From Armatimonadota bacterium (GTDB lineage: Bacteria > Armatimonadota > SYMT01), in assembly GCA_046292385.1 (NCBI GenBank), contig JBKBRF010000057.1, forward strand, positions 1 to 38,526: a stretch of DNA of 38,526 nt, read 5' to 3'. This document shows, piece by piece, positions 1 through 7,608 of the stretch. The number at the start of each line of letters is the position of its first letter. Position 1 is the first letter of the stretch. The position numbers and the translations under genes are program-made. The notes below the pieces were generated by a model. The model saw only the letters and a program-made list of their open reading frames with translations, made no database searches and was not told the DNA's origin.

Positions 1-82
1 CAGGTAGCGCATCCCCGGCCTCCTTCGCGCAAGCGAGCGATGCGGCAAAACCTTCCTGCGCCACCAGCGGCGTAACTTTACA

Positions 83-192
83 GCGTGTGACACAAGCCAC
101 CGCACTCCACAGACTGCACCGCCGCAGTCTCCCGTTCCGCGAGAGGGAATGCCTCCCGGGCCGGCATGTGGAGTGCGAATGCTTGCTTTCGC
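83..192. repeat. REP/REPIN-like palindromic doublet
   Basis: CGCACTCCACA (101-111) pairs perfectly with TGTGGAGTGCG (167-177), extended by CAAGC (93-97) / GCTTG (181-185); three short hairpins lie inside. Confidence 0.55.
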
Positions 193-348
193 GCCCCGCG
201 TCAGCGGGGCCATCGGAGCAGCCCCACTGGTTTCGCCAACAGTATCTTGAGAGGGGTGTCAGCTCGAAGGCGGTTCCCGCCGACAAGGGCTCGGGGAGAT
301 CCCTCGGTGAGATCCATAGTTCTCGCGACGAAGGAACCCGACAAGGCG

Positions 349-825
349 TTAGGCCGCCAGCGGCAGCGCCTCCTCCTCCAACCGCAGCTTCGTCTGCACC
401 GGCTCCACGCGCTGGACCAGCAGGTGCGTCCGCAGCCACTCGGCGAAGACCTCCGCCTCCTCCCACTTGCCGATCCCCTCGGCACGGTTCTTGCCGGTCA
501 GCGCCAGCACCTGGCACTGGTGCATGCCGCGGCGGTCTCGCAGCTCCTCGAAGTGGTGGTAGCGCGCGTCGATCTGCCGCACCGACTCCCGCGCCGCCGC
601 CGGGTTTCGGAACCGCAGCACGCCGGCCAGCATCGCGGCATACCGGTTCTGCGGGCCGGTGGAGGTGTAGAGGTCCGAGTACTCCGGCGTGTAGCCGCGC
701 TCGATCAGCGCGTTCGCCACGTAGCTGGGGTCGCAGTCCAGCAGCTCGGCAATCGCCTCCACGCCCATCCCTCGCGAGTGCAGCCCCACCGCCAGGTCTT
801 TCTTCGACATCCGTTCCATCTTCAT
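349..825 (-). CDS. Hypothetical protein with N-terminal helix-turn-helix-like segment
   Basis: 158-aa ORF with normal composition; GMGVEAIAELLDCDPSYVANAL resembles an HTH; start may be at a later Met (MSKK). Confidence 0.75.
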   Translation of the reverse strand: MKMERMSKKDLAVGLHSRGMGVEAIAELLDCDPSYVANALIERGYTPEYSDLYTSTGPQNRYAAMLAGVLRFRNPAAARESVRQIDARYHHFEELRDRRGMHQCQVLALTGKNRAEGIGKWEEAEVFAEWLRTHLLVQRVEPVQTKLRLEEEALPLAA

Positions 826-1310
826 CTCGCTTCCAGGTCGTCGTTGTCTCTCGTCCAGGTCATCTCGGGACGGGGCGCGGAGGAGGGAGTCTCGCTCGCT
901 TCACCGCTGTCAACCCCACCGTGAATAATAGCAAAAATCTGTTCGAAAATCAAGAGGAAAGCACCGCTCCCCAGGCACAAAATGCGGCAGAGGCTTCGAT
1001 TCCGAATTCGGCGCGGCAACCGGTCCGCCGGCTCCCTGCAACCCTCTCACAGCGCGGCTGATGCCGCAACCAAACCCTCGGCGGCTGGGGAGGGATTCTC
1101 TCGGCGAAAGCACCCTCTCTCCGAGGGTCCACCCCGCGCCCTCCCACCCCTACCGCCCGCAAGCGGGCACCCGGGTGGTCACGAGTGAACCCCTCCCGCT
1201 CTGCCTCCGGCAGTGCTTCCGGGCTTCACAGATCCCCACGTCCGGGAGCGCGAAGCCGGCCGTGCTGCACCGGCTTGAGGCAACCCGTCGGCGGCCGACC
1301 GTGCCCAGAC

Positions 1311-1611
1311 TAGAGGCGCCCGGAGGGTGCCAGTTGTGACCACCCCTGGCGAGGGGTGGTCGCTCGAAGGGCCGGGAGGCAGCCCGTGAGCTCCGCTGTC
1401 GGCACGGGTAACGCTTCCTGGCGCGGGAAGAGCTTCTCGGCGGGAGCTCCCGTAGCGGCCTGCTAACGGAGCGCAGCGGAGTGTGAAAAGGCCGCGGAGG
1501 GCCTTCGTCGCGGGAGGGCTGCTTCCCGGCACAAGGGCGCGGGGTCGGGTCGCGGGATCGAGGCTGCAGCTCGAAGAGAAGCAAAAGCGCCACACCACTG
1601 GCACCCTCCGG
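1311..1611 (+). ncRNA. Putative structured non-coding RNA or retroelement-like element, copy 1 (strand inferred)
   Basis: Colinear motifs and covarying hairpins shared with 38261-38440; 15-bp inverted repeat at 1320-1334 / 1597-1611; no credible ORF. Confidence 0.55.
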
Positions 1612-1839
1612 CTCCGCGACGCCCAGGCGCGCGATGACCGCGACCAGAATCTGCGCATCGCGGCAAGATTCCCACGGTGAGTAGTACAGAGGGGTGACAG
1701 CGCGGGAGAGTAGGAGATGCCGGGCGCGGAAGCGAACATTCCGCCCAACAGGGCGCGCGAGCGCCTACACTTGTATGCCGGGGTCCGGGCGGGCCCCGGC
1801 AGCGTCTAATACTCTGGAATTAGAAAGGAAGCTCCGCAG

Positions 1840-3132
1840 ATGAGCGGACATTCAAGCGGCCGGAGCGGCGCCGCGGTGGGCGCACAGCTCTCCGCGATGA
1901 TGTTCCTCCAGTTCTTCGTCTGGGGTGCCTGGTACGTCACCGTCGGCAACTTCATGACGGCGAACGGCATGGGGGACGGCGTGGCCTGGGCCTATTCGGT
2001 GGCGCCGATCGCGGCGATTATCTCGCCGTTCTTCCTCGGCATGGTGGCCGACCGCTTCTTCGCGACGGAGCGGGTGCTGGGGGTGCTGCACCTGCTCGGC
2101 GGCCTGATCCTCCTCGCGGCGCCGATGGTGGCCCAGGGCGGCGCGGCGGCGCAGACCACCTTCATCGTGGTGCTGCTGCTCTACGCGCTGTGCTACATGC
2201 CGACCCTCGGCCTGACCAACACCCTGGCGTTCCACAACGTGACCGACCAGGAGCGGCAGTTCCCGATGATCCGCGTCTTCGGGACCATCGGCTGGATCGC
2301 GGCGAACATCGTCGTCAGCAAGCTCCTGAAGGGCGACACCACGGCGGTCCAGTTCTACGTCGCCGGCGGCGCCAGCCTGGTGCTCGGCCTCTACAGCTTC
2401 GTGCTGCCGCACACCCCGCCGCCGGCGGCAGGCCGCGCGGTCACCGCGCGAGACGTGCTGGGACTCGACTCGCTGGCGCTGATGCGCAGCCCGGCGTTCT
2501 CGATCTTCATCGTCAGCTCGTTCCTGATCTGCATCCCGCTGGCGGCGTACTACTCGTTCGCGCCGATCTACGTCGGCACCGGCTTCGCCGATCCGGCCTT
2601 CAACATGTCGTTCGGGCAGATGTCCGAAATCTTCTTCATGCTGGTGATGCCGCTCTGCTTCGCGCGGCTCGGCGTGAAGTACATGCTGGTGGTCGGGATG
2701 CTGGCCTGGGTACTCCGCTACGGCCTCTTCGCCGCCGCCGCGCCCACCTTCGGGATGAGCAGCGCAGGCCTGACGCCCGCCCACTGGATGGTGCTCGGCG
2801 GCATCGTGCTCCACGGCATCTGCTACGACTTCTTCTTCGTGACGGGGCAGATCTACGTGGACAAGCGGGCGCCCGCCGCAATCCGCGGCCAGGCGCAGGG
2901 CTTCCTGGTGCTGGTGACGCAGGGCCTGGGAATGCTGATCGGTGCGCAGCTGACCGGGAAGATCAAGGAGGCGTACACGCAGGGCGACGTGGTCAACTGG
3001 CAGTCGCTCTGGATGATCGCCGCCATCGCGGCGGGGGTGGTGATGGTCGCGTTCTTCGCGCTCTTCCGCGACGACAGCAAGGCCGCCGAGCCGGTGCCGC
3101 CGGCCGGCACCGCCCCCGTGGGAGCCGAGTAG
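1840..3132 (+). CDS. MFS nucleoside:H+ symporter (NupG/XapB/YegT family)
   Basis: MMFLQFFVWGAW, FPMIRVFGTIGW, GQMSEIFF and LHGICYDFFFVTGQIYVD family motifs; about 12 hydrophobic segments; AAAGGA RBS. Confidence 0.93.
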   Translation: MSGHSSGRSGAAVGAQLSAMMFLQFFVWGAWYVTVGNFMTANGMGDGVAWAYSVAPIAAIISPFFLGMVADRFFATERVLGVLHLLGGLILLAAPMVAQGGAAAQTTFIVVLLLYALCYMPTLGLTNTLAFHNVTDQERQFPMIRVFGTIGWIAANIVVSKLLKGDTTAVQFYVAGGASLVLGLYSFVLPHTPPPAAGRAVTARDVLGLDSLALMRSPAFSIFIVSSFLICIPLAAYYSFAPIYVGTGFADPAFNMSFGQMSEIFFMLVMPLCFARLGVKYMLVVGMLAWVLRYGLFAAAAPTFGMSSAGLTPAHWMVLGGIVLHGICYDFFFVTGQIYVDKRAPAAIRGQAQGFLVLVTQGLGMLIGAQLTGKIKEAYTQGDVVNWQSLWMIAAIAAGVVMVAFFALFRDDSKAAEPVPPAGTAPVGAE

Positions 3133-3151
3133 CGGGACTGAGTGGGAGGCA

Positions 3152-3246
3152 CTGTTACAGGTTTGCAAGTTCGCAGGTTACAGGTTAGCCCGCCGTGCGG
3201 TAGGGTCCGGAACCTGAAACCTGCAGCTTGCAAACCTTCTAACAAC
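3152..3246. repeat. Family A palindromic heptamer (CAGGTTG-like) element
   Basis: CAGGTT(T)G repeats followed by inverted AACCTG repeats. Confidence 0.75.
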
Positions 3247-3292
3247 GCAGAGCTTTTCAATTCCGAGAAGCGTAGCTGACTCCGTGAACCAG

Positions 3293-3325
3293 GACGGGGC
3301 CGTGCCTTCGGGTGCGGTCCCGTTT
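3293..3325 (+). terminator. Hairpin with TTCG loop, possible terminator of the nucleoside permease gene
   Basis: GACGGGGCCGTGCC-TTCG-GGTGCGGTCCCGTT stem including G-U pairs; U tail is short. Confidence 0.4.
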
Positions 3326-3362
3326 CAACGTGTGGCGGCCCACGCCGCCGGAGAGGATCGAG

Positions 3363-3575
3363 ATGCCCTACGTAAACGTGAAGCTCTACCCCGGCCGCAG
3401 CGACGAGCAGAAGCGCGAGGCGGCGCGGCGGATTGCCGAGGCGCTGGTGGAGGTGTGCAAGGTAGCGGACGCGAGCCAGGTGGCAGTGGTGTTCGACGAG
3501 GTCTCGCCGGCGGACTACGCCCGGGACGTGGAGCCGGAGATCGCGGCGGCGGCGGAGCGGCAGTACCACCCGTGA
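3363..3575 (+). CDS. 4-oxalocrotonate tautomerase family protein
   Basis: MPYVNVKLYPGRSDEQK with catalytic Pro1, 70 aa, GAGG RBS; stop overlaps the next start (GTGA). Confidence 0.88.
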   Translation: MPYVNVKLYPGRSDEQKREAARRIAEALVEVCKVADASQVAVVFDEVSPADYARDVEPEIAAAAERQYHP

Positions 3576-4771
3576 CGGAAGCGCCCGATCCGAGCGAGGA
3601 GAGCTCCCGCGGGCGGGACTGGCTCCTGCTCGCGGCCGCGACGATCGCCTTCGGGTTCGGCTTCGGGATCAACACCGGCACCGTCCCCAGCTTTGTCGCC
3701 GATCACCTCCACGTCTCTCCGGAGCGGATGGGGCTGCTCGAGTCGCTGCGGGAGGTGCCGGGGCTGCTCACCGCCGGGATCATCGGGCTGCTGGCCGGCA
3801 TCGCGGAGCCGCGGCTGGCGGTGGTGGCGCTGGCGCTGGTGGCGGCCGGGATCGGGGCGACGGGCCAGGCCGGCTCCTACTGGCCGCTCGTCGCCTGCAA
3901 CCTGCTCTGGAGCCTCGGCCTGCACATCTGGCTGACGGTTCAGCCGTCGCTCACGCTCACGCTCTCGCAGGAGGGTCGCCACGGATACAGCCTGGGGCTG
4001 ATGAGCCGCTACATGGCGGTGGCGGGCCTGGGAGGGCTCCTCTTCCTCGGCCTCTTCGCGGAGCGGATCGGTTTCGGGATCACCTTCCTGGCGGGCGGCG
4101 CGGCGGTGGCGGTCGGGACGCTCTTCGCCGGACGCATTCCCGCCTCCCAGGGCGGTGGAATCACCCAGCGGCTCGTCTTCCGCCGGGATTACTGGCGCTA
4201 CTACCTGCTGATGCTGCTCGACGGCGGGCGCCGCCAGGTGGTGCAGACCTTCGCGCTGCTGATCCTGGTGCGGGAGTTCGGCGCCAGCCGGGAAACGGTG
4301 GCGGTGCTGCTGCTGCTGAACGGCACGCTGACAATACTCGCCGCGCCGATCGTGGGGCGCTGGACCGACCACTTCGGCGAGCGGCGCGTGCTGACCGTCT
4401 ACTACGCGCTGGTAGCGCTCGTCTTCTTCGGCTACACCCGCATCACCGGCGTGGCCCAGGCGTCGGGCATCCGGCCGGACTGGCTCTTCTACGGCCTCTT
4501 CGCGCTGGACAACCTGCTCTTTACCGGCTCGGTCGGCATCCAGACCTACATCCGCCACACCGCCCCCCGCTCGGAGCTCTCCGCCAGCCTCGCCATGGGG
4601 CTCACCTGGAACCACGTGGCGGCGGTCACGGTGCCGCTGGCCGCCGGCTGGGTCTGGGAGAACCAGGGCTACGAGCGGATCTTCCTTTACGGGATCGGGC
4701 TGGCACTGACCTCGTTCGTCACGTGCTTCACGCTGCCCCGCCACCGGTTGTCGGCGAGCAAGCTTGGCTAG
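3572..4771 (+). CDS. MFS transporter
   Basis: LLESLREVPGLL and GRWTDHFGERR (MFS motif A); multiple TM segments; GTG start coupled to the tautomerase stop. Confidence 0.88.
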   Translation: MTEAPDPSEESSRGRDWLLLAAATIAFGFGFGINTGTVPSFVADHLHVSPERMGLLESLREVPGLLTAGIIGLLAGIAEPRLAVVALALVAAGIGATGQAGSYWPLVACNLLWSLGLHIWLTVQPSLTLTLSQEGRHGYSLGLMSRYMAVAGLGGLLFLGLFAERIGFGITFLAGGAAVAVGTLFAGRIPASQGGGITQRLVFRRDYWRYYLLMLLDGGRRQVVQTFALLILVREFGASRETVAVLLLLNGTLTILAAPIVGRWTDHFGERRVLTVYYALVALVFFGYTRITGVAQASGIRPDWLFYGLFALDNLLFTGSVGIQTYIRHTAPRSELSASLAMGLTWNHVAAVTVPLAAGWVWENQGYERIFLYGIGLALTSFVTCFTLPRHRLSASKLG

Positions 4772-4877
4772 CCACCGGACAGGTGTCGTGCTCCTTTAGG
4801 GGCTCCGAGAAAGGCCGCAGCCTGCTTGTTAGCGAATAGGGTCTCAACCCATAGCGCTTCAGCAAGGAGGCGGCAGC

Positions 4878-5873
4878 GTGTCCGTATCGAAAGACTACTT
4901 CCTATCGCAGGTGGCGCTCCCGGATGAGATCCGGATCGGCTGTGTCGCTCTGGGAGGGTTGGACGGCGTTCCCGCCTCCACGCTCTACGTCACGATCGAA
5001 GTTCAGGAGATTTCCACGACGTTCTGGGGCGACACGCCCGCGCCGTGGAACGGCACCTCGCTGGTCCACATCGGGCAGTACCCGCTACCGCAGGCGGCTG
5101 TGGAGTTCGAGGAGAGGGTCGGCAAGTACCGAGAGACGCGGGTGAAGCGGAAGGTGCGGCTGCCGGAGGGGATGCAGTTTGAGCCGGAGATATTGGCGAT
5201 CCCCGATCTCCCCGCGGGGTGGGAGCACGAAGCGCTGCAGCAGTCGTCGCGCGACATCGTCCACGTCTACCGCAGCGCGACCTGTGGCGTGCTGGTCCGG
5301 ATGTTTGCCAAAGCCGGCTCCCTCCTGGACCACCCGCTGCTCAGCCGCATCGCTGCGAATCTTCGCATTGTAGAAGGCCAGTGGGGCACCGAGCACCCCG
5401 AGGCGCGCCTGCTCGACCGGGAGTGGGTGACGTACGAAGAGCCGCTGGAAGAGGACGTGGAGACCGAGATCGCGGAGGCGATCGCGCGAGCGCGTGCTCT
5501 AGTCCGCGTGACGGAGCGGGCCGCCAGCCGTGAGGTGATCGAGAAGCTATACAGCAAGATCGACGAGATCCGCGCAGGGCGACGCTTGCCGGCCGAGGAG
5601 CGGACGCAGCTCGCCATCGACCTCGGGTGCCTCTGGGGGGAGACCCTCTGCCGGGAGAAGGGGTGGGAGTGGTGTGAGGTCCACCCGGATGCGGAGAGCA
5701 ACGTCTACGCCGTCTGCCACCCGACGCGCTCTCACGCGGTGAGCCCGATGGGCTTTATCCAGCGACTCCTCTCCTCGAAGCGGGAGGACAACACCAGCGC
5801 CCTCCTCTTCAACATGATCGTGGCCGGCGATCTCCCCGAGGCTCCCCCGAGCGCCTATAGCTGGCTCGACTAA
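4878..5873 (+). CDS. Hypothetical protein; C-terminal part resembles DUF3806/immunity-type domains
   Basis: AAGGAGG RBS before GTG; 331 aa; LGCLWGETLC-x-WEW pattern. Confidence 0.7.
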   Translation: MSVSKDYFLSQVALPDEIRIGCVALGGLDGVPASTLYVTIEVQEISTTFWGDTPAPWNGTSLVHIGQYPLPQAAVEFEERVGKYRETRVKRKVRLPEGMQFEPEILAIPDLPAGWEHEALQQSSRDIVHVYRSATCGVLVRMFAKAGSLLDHPLLSRIAANLRIVEGQWGTEHPEARLLDREWVTYEEPLEEDVETEIAEAIARARALVRVTERAASREVIEKLYSKIDEIRAGRRLPAEERTQLAIDLGCLWGETLCREKGWEWCEVHPDAESNVYAVCHPTRSHAVSPMGFIQRLLSSKREDNTSALLFNMIVAGDLPEAPPSAYSWLD

Positions 5874-5924
5874 CGAGCCTCAAGTCGTATCCGGCCCCGC
5901 GCGGACGCACTGGAGTCCCCCGCC

Positions 5925-6542
5925 ATGAATCCCATCCAACAGCAAATTGTCGACCGCCTCTCGGCGCTGCCACCCGACCTGGCGGTCATCCGCGAGCATG
6001 CGCAGCGGTATGCGCGATACTGCTCCAGCATCGCGACCGATGAGACGCTCCAGATCGCGCACCAGCCCTGGGAAGCGCCGGAGAGCTATGCGCTTCGCCT
6101 GTACGCGCCGGCGAAGAAAGCCTGGTTTGCCGGCTTTACCAAGCGAACGGGTTGTCAGATCCCGGCAGCCTACCGCGAGCTCCTGTTGAGCGTAAACGGG
6201 TGCTCCGTTCACGATCTCGACCTGTTCGGGCTTCCGCCCTCTCTGCAGGCCCGCGTCCCGACGCTGGACCGCACCCGGTCGCAGCCGCTCGATCTTGGTG
6301 CGGCCAACCTGAACTGGGTACACCAGTACGCGAAACGAGACGGCGAGTTCCACTTCGGTGGTCGCGCCTGGTCGGACGACGAGAACATCGGCTACTTCTG
6401 GGGCAACCACGGGCTGCGCGCGCTCCGCGCGTCGGGAGAGGTGGTGGGTGTCTGGTCCGATCTACCTTCCCTGCTTCGGGACGAGCTGCCGGTGGCAGAG
6501 CGCCTGGTGACGGAGCAGACCCCCGCCGAGTGGTGGCACTGA
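5925..6542 (+). CDS. SMI1/KNR4 (SUKH)-like immunity protein
   Basis: IPAAYRELLLSVNG..LDLFG core typical of the SUKH superfamily; GGAG RBS. Confidence 0.72.
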   Translation: MNPIQQQIVDRLSALPPDLAVIREHAQRYARYCSSIATDETLQIAHQPWEAPESYALRLYAPAKKAWFAGFTKRTGCQIPAAYRELLLSVNGCSVHDLDLFGLPPSLQARVPTLDRTRSQPLDLGAANLNWVHQYAKRDGEFHFGGRAWSDDENIGYFWGNHGLRALRASGEVVGVWSDLPSLLRDELPVAERLVTEQTPAEWWH

Positions 6543-6629
6543 CACCGTGGTCGCGTGCCATCGGGTCGCAGCGAAGAGGTTCGGGCGACGGGATCGCCTA
6601 ACCGGGACGCAGCGAAAGGAGTGTGTTCC

Positions 6630-7505
6630 ATGCAGGTTGCGATCCGGGATGCCAGTCTCTATCAGGCGGGCTATGCGTCGGCGGTGGAAGGGCTTCTGGA
6701 CCTCGGGCTCGCTGCGATTGAGCTGGCGATCGACCGGGACGGCTACGTGCGGTCGCTCGAGGACGAGCTGCAGCTCAACCTGACCGACCCGGCGCACCGG
6801 AACGCGCTGGAAGAGCAGATGGAGCGGCACGGGGTGCGGGTCTGCACGCTGCTCTGCTCCCAGGACTTCCACCATCCGGAGGAGCGGGAGGCGCACGTTC
6901 ACTGGGTCACCCAGGCGGCGCAGGTGGCGGAAATCCTCGGCATTCCGTCGCTCCGGGTCGACAGCATCATGACCGGCCAGGCGGAGCTGCCGCTCCCGGA
7001 GCGGGTGCGGATCTTCGCGGAGGGCCTGCGCGAGGTGCTTCGCGGGACGCCGGACAGCACGGTGGAGCTCGGCATCGAGAACCACGGCCCGCAGGGGAAT
7101 GACCCGGAATGGATGCTGGCGGTCCTGGGGGAGGTCGACAACCCGCGCGTCGGCGTGACGCTCGACGTCGGCAACTGGTACTGGTTCGGCCACCCGCTCT
7201 CCCGCGTCTACCAGATCTACCGGGAGCTGGGTCCCCACGTGAAGGCGACCCACGTGAAGAACATCGCCTACCCGGAAGAGCTGCGGGAAACGCAGCGGGA
7301 GGTCGGCTACGAGTACGGCCGCTACTGCTGCCCGCTGGACGAGGGCGACCTCGAGATGGCGAAGGTCGTCGCGATCCTCCGAGAGGCCGGCTACGACGGC
7401 CCCCTCACGATCGAGGACGAGTCGATCGGCAAAGTCGCGGAGTCGAAGCGCCGCGAGGTGCTGAAGCGGGATGCGGAGCACCTGCGGGCGGTTCTGACCG
7501 GATAG
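6630..7505 (+). CDS. Sugar-phosphate isomerase/epimerase (xylose isomerase-like TIM barrel)
   Basis: LGIENHG, LDVGNW, HVKN and GYDGPLTIEDE metal-site motifs; AAAGGAG RBS. Confidence 0.9.
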   Translation: MQVAIRDASLYQAGYASAVEGLLDLGLAAIELAIDRDGYVRSLEDELQLNLTDPAHRNALEEQMERHGVRVCTLLCSQDFHHPEEREAHVHWVTQAAQVAEILGIPSLRVDSIMTGQAELPLPERVRIFAEGLREVLRGTPDSTVELGIENHGPQGNDPEWMLAVLGEVDNPRVGVTLDVGNWYWFGHPLSRVYQIYRELGPHVKATHVKNIAYPEELRETQREVGYEYGRYCCPLDEGDLEMAKVVAILREAGYDGPLTIEDESIGKVAESKRREVLKRDAEHLRAVLTG

Positions 7506-7511
7506 CTTATC

Positions 7512-7592
7512 GTTGCAGGTTGGCAGGTTGGCAAGTTGCAGGTTTCGGCCTCTCGGATGGTCGCATCCAAAACCAGTAACCTGCCAACTACC
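7512..7592. repeat. Family A heptamer element
   Basis: GCAGGTTG-like unit x3-4, then inverted AACCTGCCAAC. Confidence 0.7.
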
Positions 7593-7608
7593 GAAGAGGA
7601 GACGTGCG

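Noticed and set aside
101..177. Cloverleaf-like fold suggesting a tRNA
   Set aside because: No TTCGA T-loop, D-loop GG, 7-nt anticodon loop or CCA end; the closing stem is 11 bp
1248..1290. AKPAVLHRLEAT, resembling an IS110 transposase C-terminus (RKLAVLLHRLW); a similar weak hint at about 38215-38230
   Set aside because: Too short and degenerate, and no upstream transposase sequence; kept only as an alternative hypothesis for the RNA element
1500..1840. Complete group II intron following copy 1
   Set aside because: No recognisable domain V/VI and no RT ORF before the nucleoside permease gene
4820..5900. GTTAGC and GACTAAC around the immunity-like gene as integron attC sites
   Set aside because: No paired R''/L''/L'/R' palindrome and no integrase
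7513..7608. N-terminal ORF extensions through repeats (also 10015-10086, 18633-19019, 20511-20630, 31752-31847)
   Set aside because: They translate intergenic repeats or UTRs; better RBS- or promoter-supported starts lie downstream
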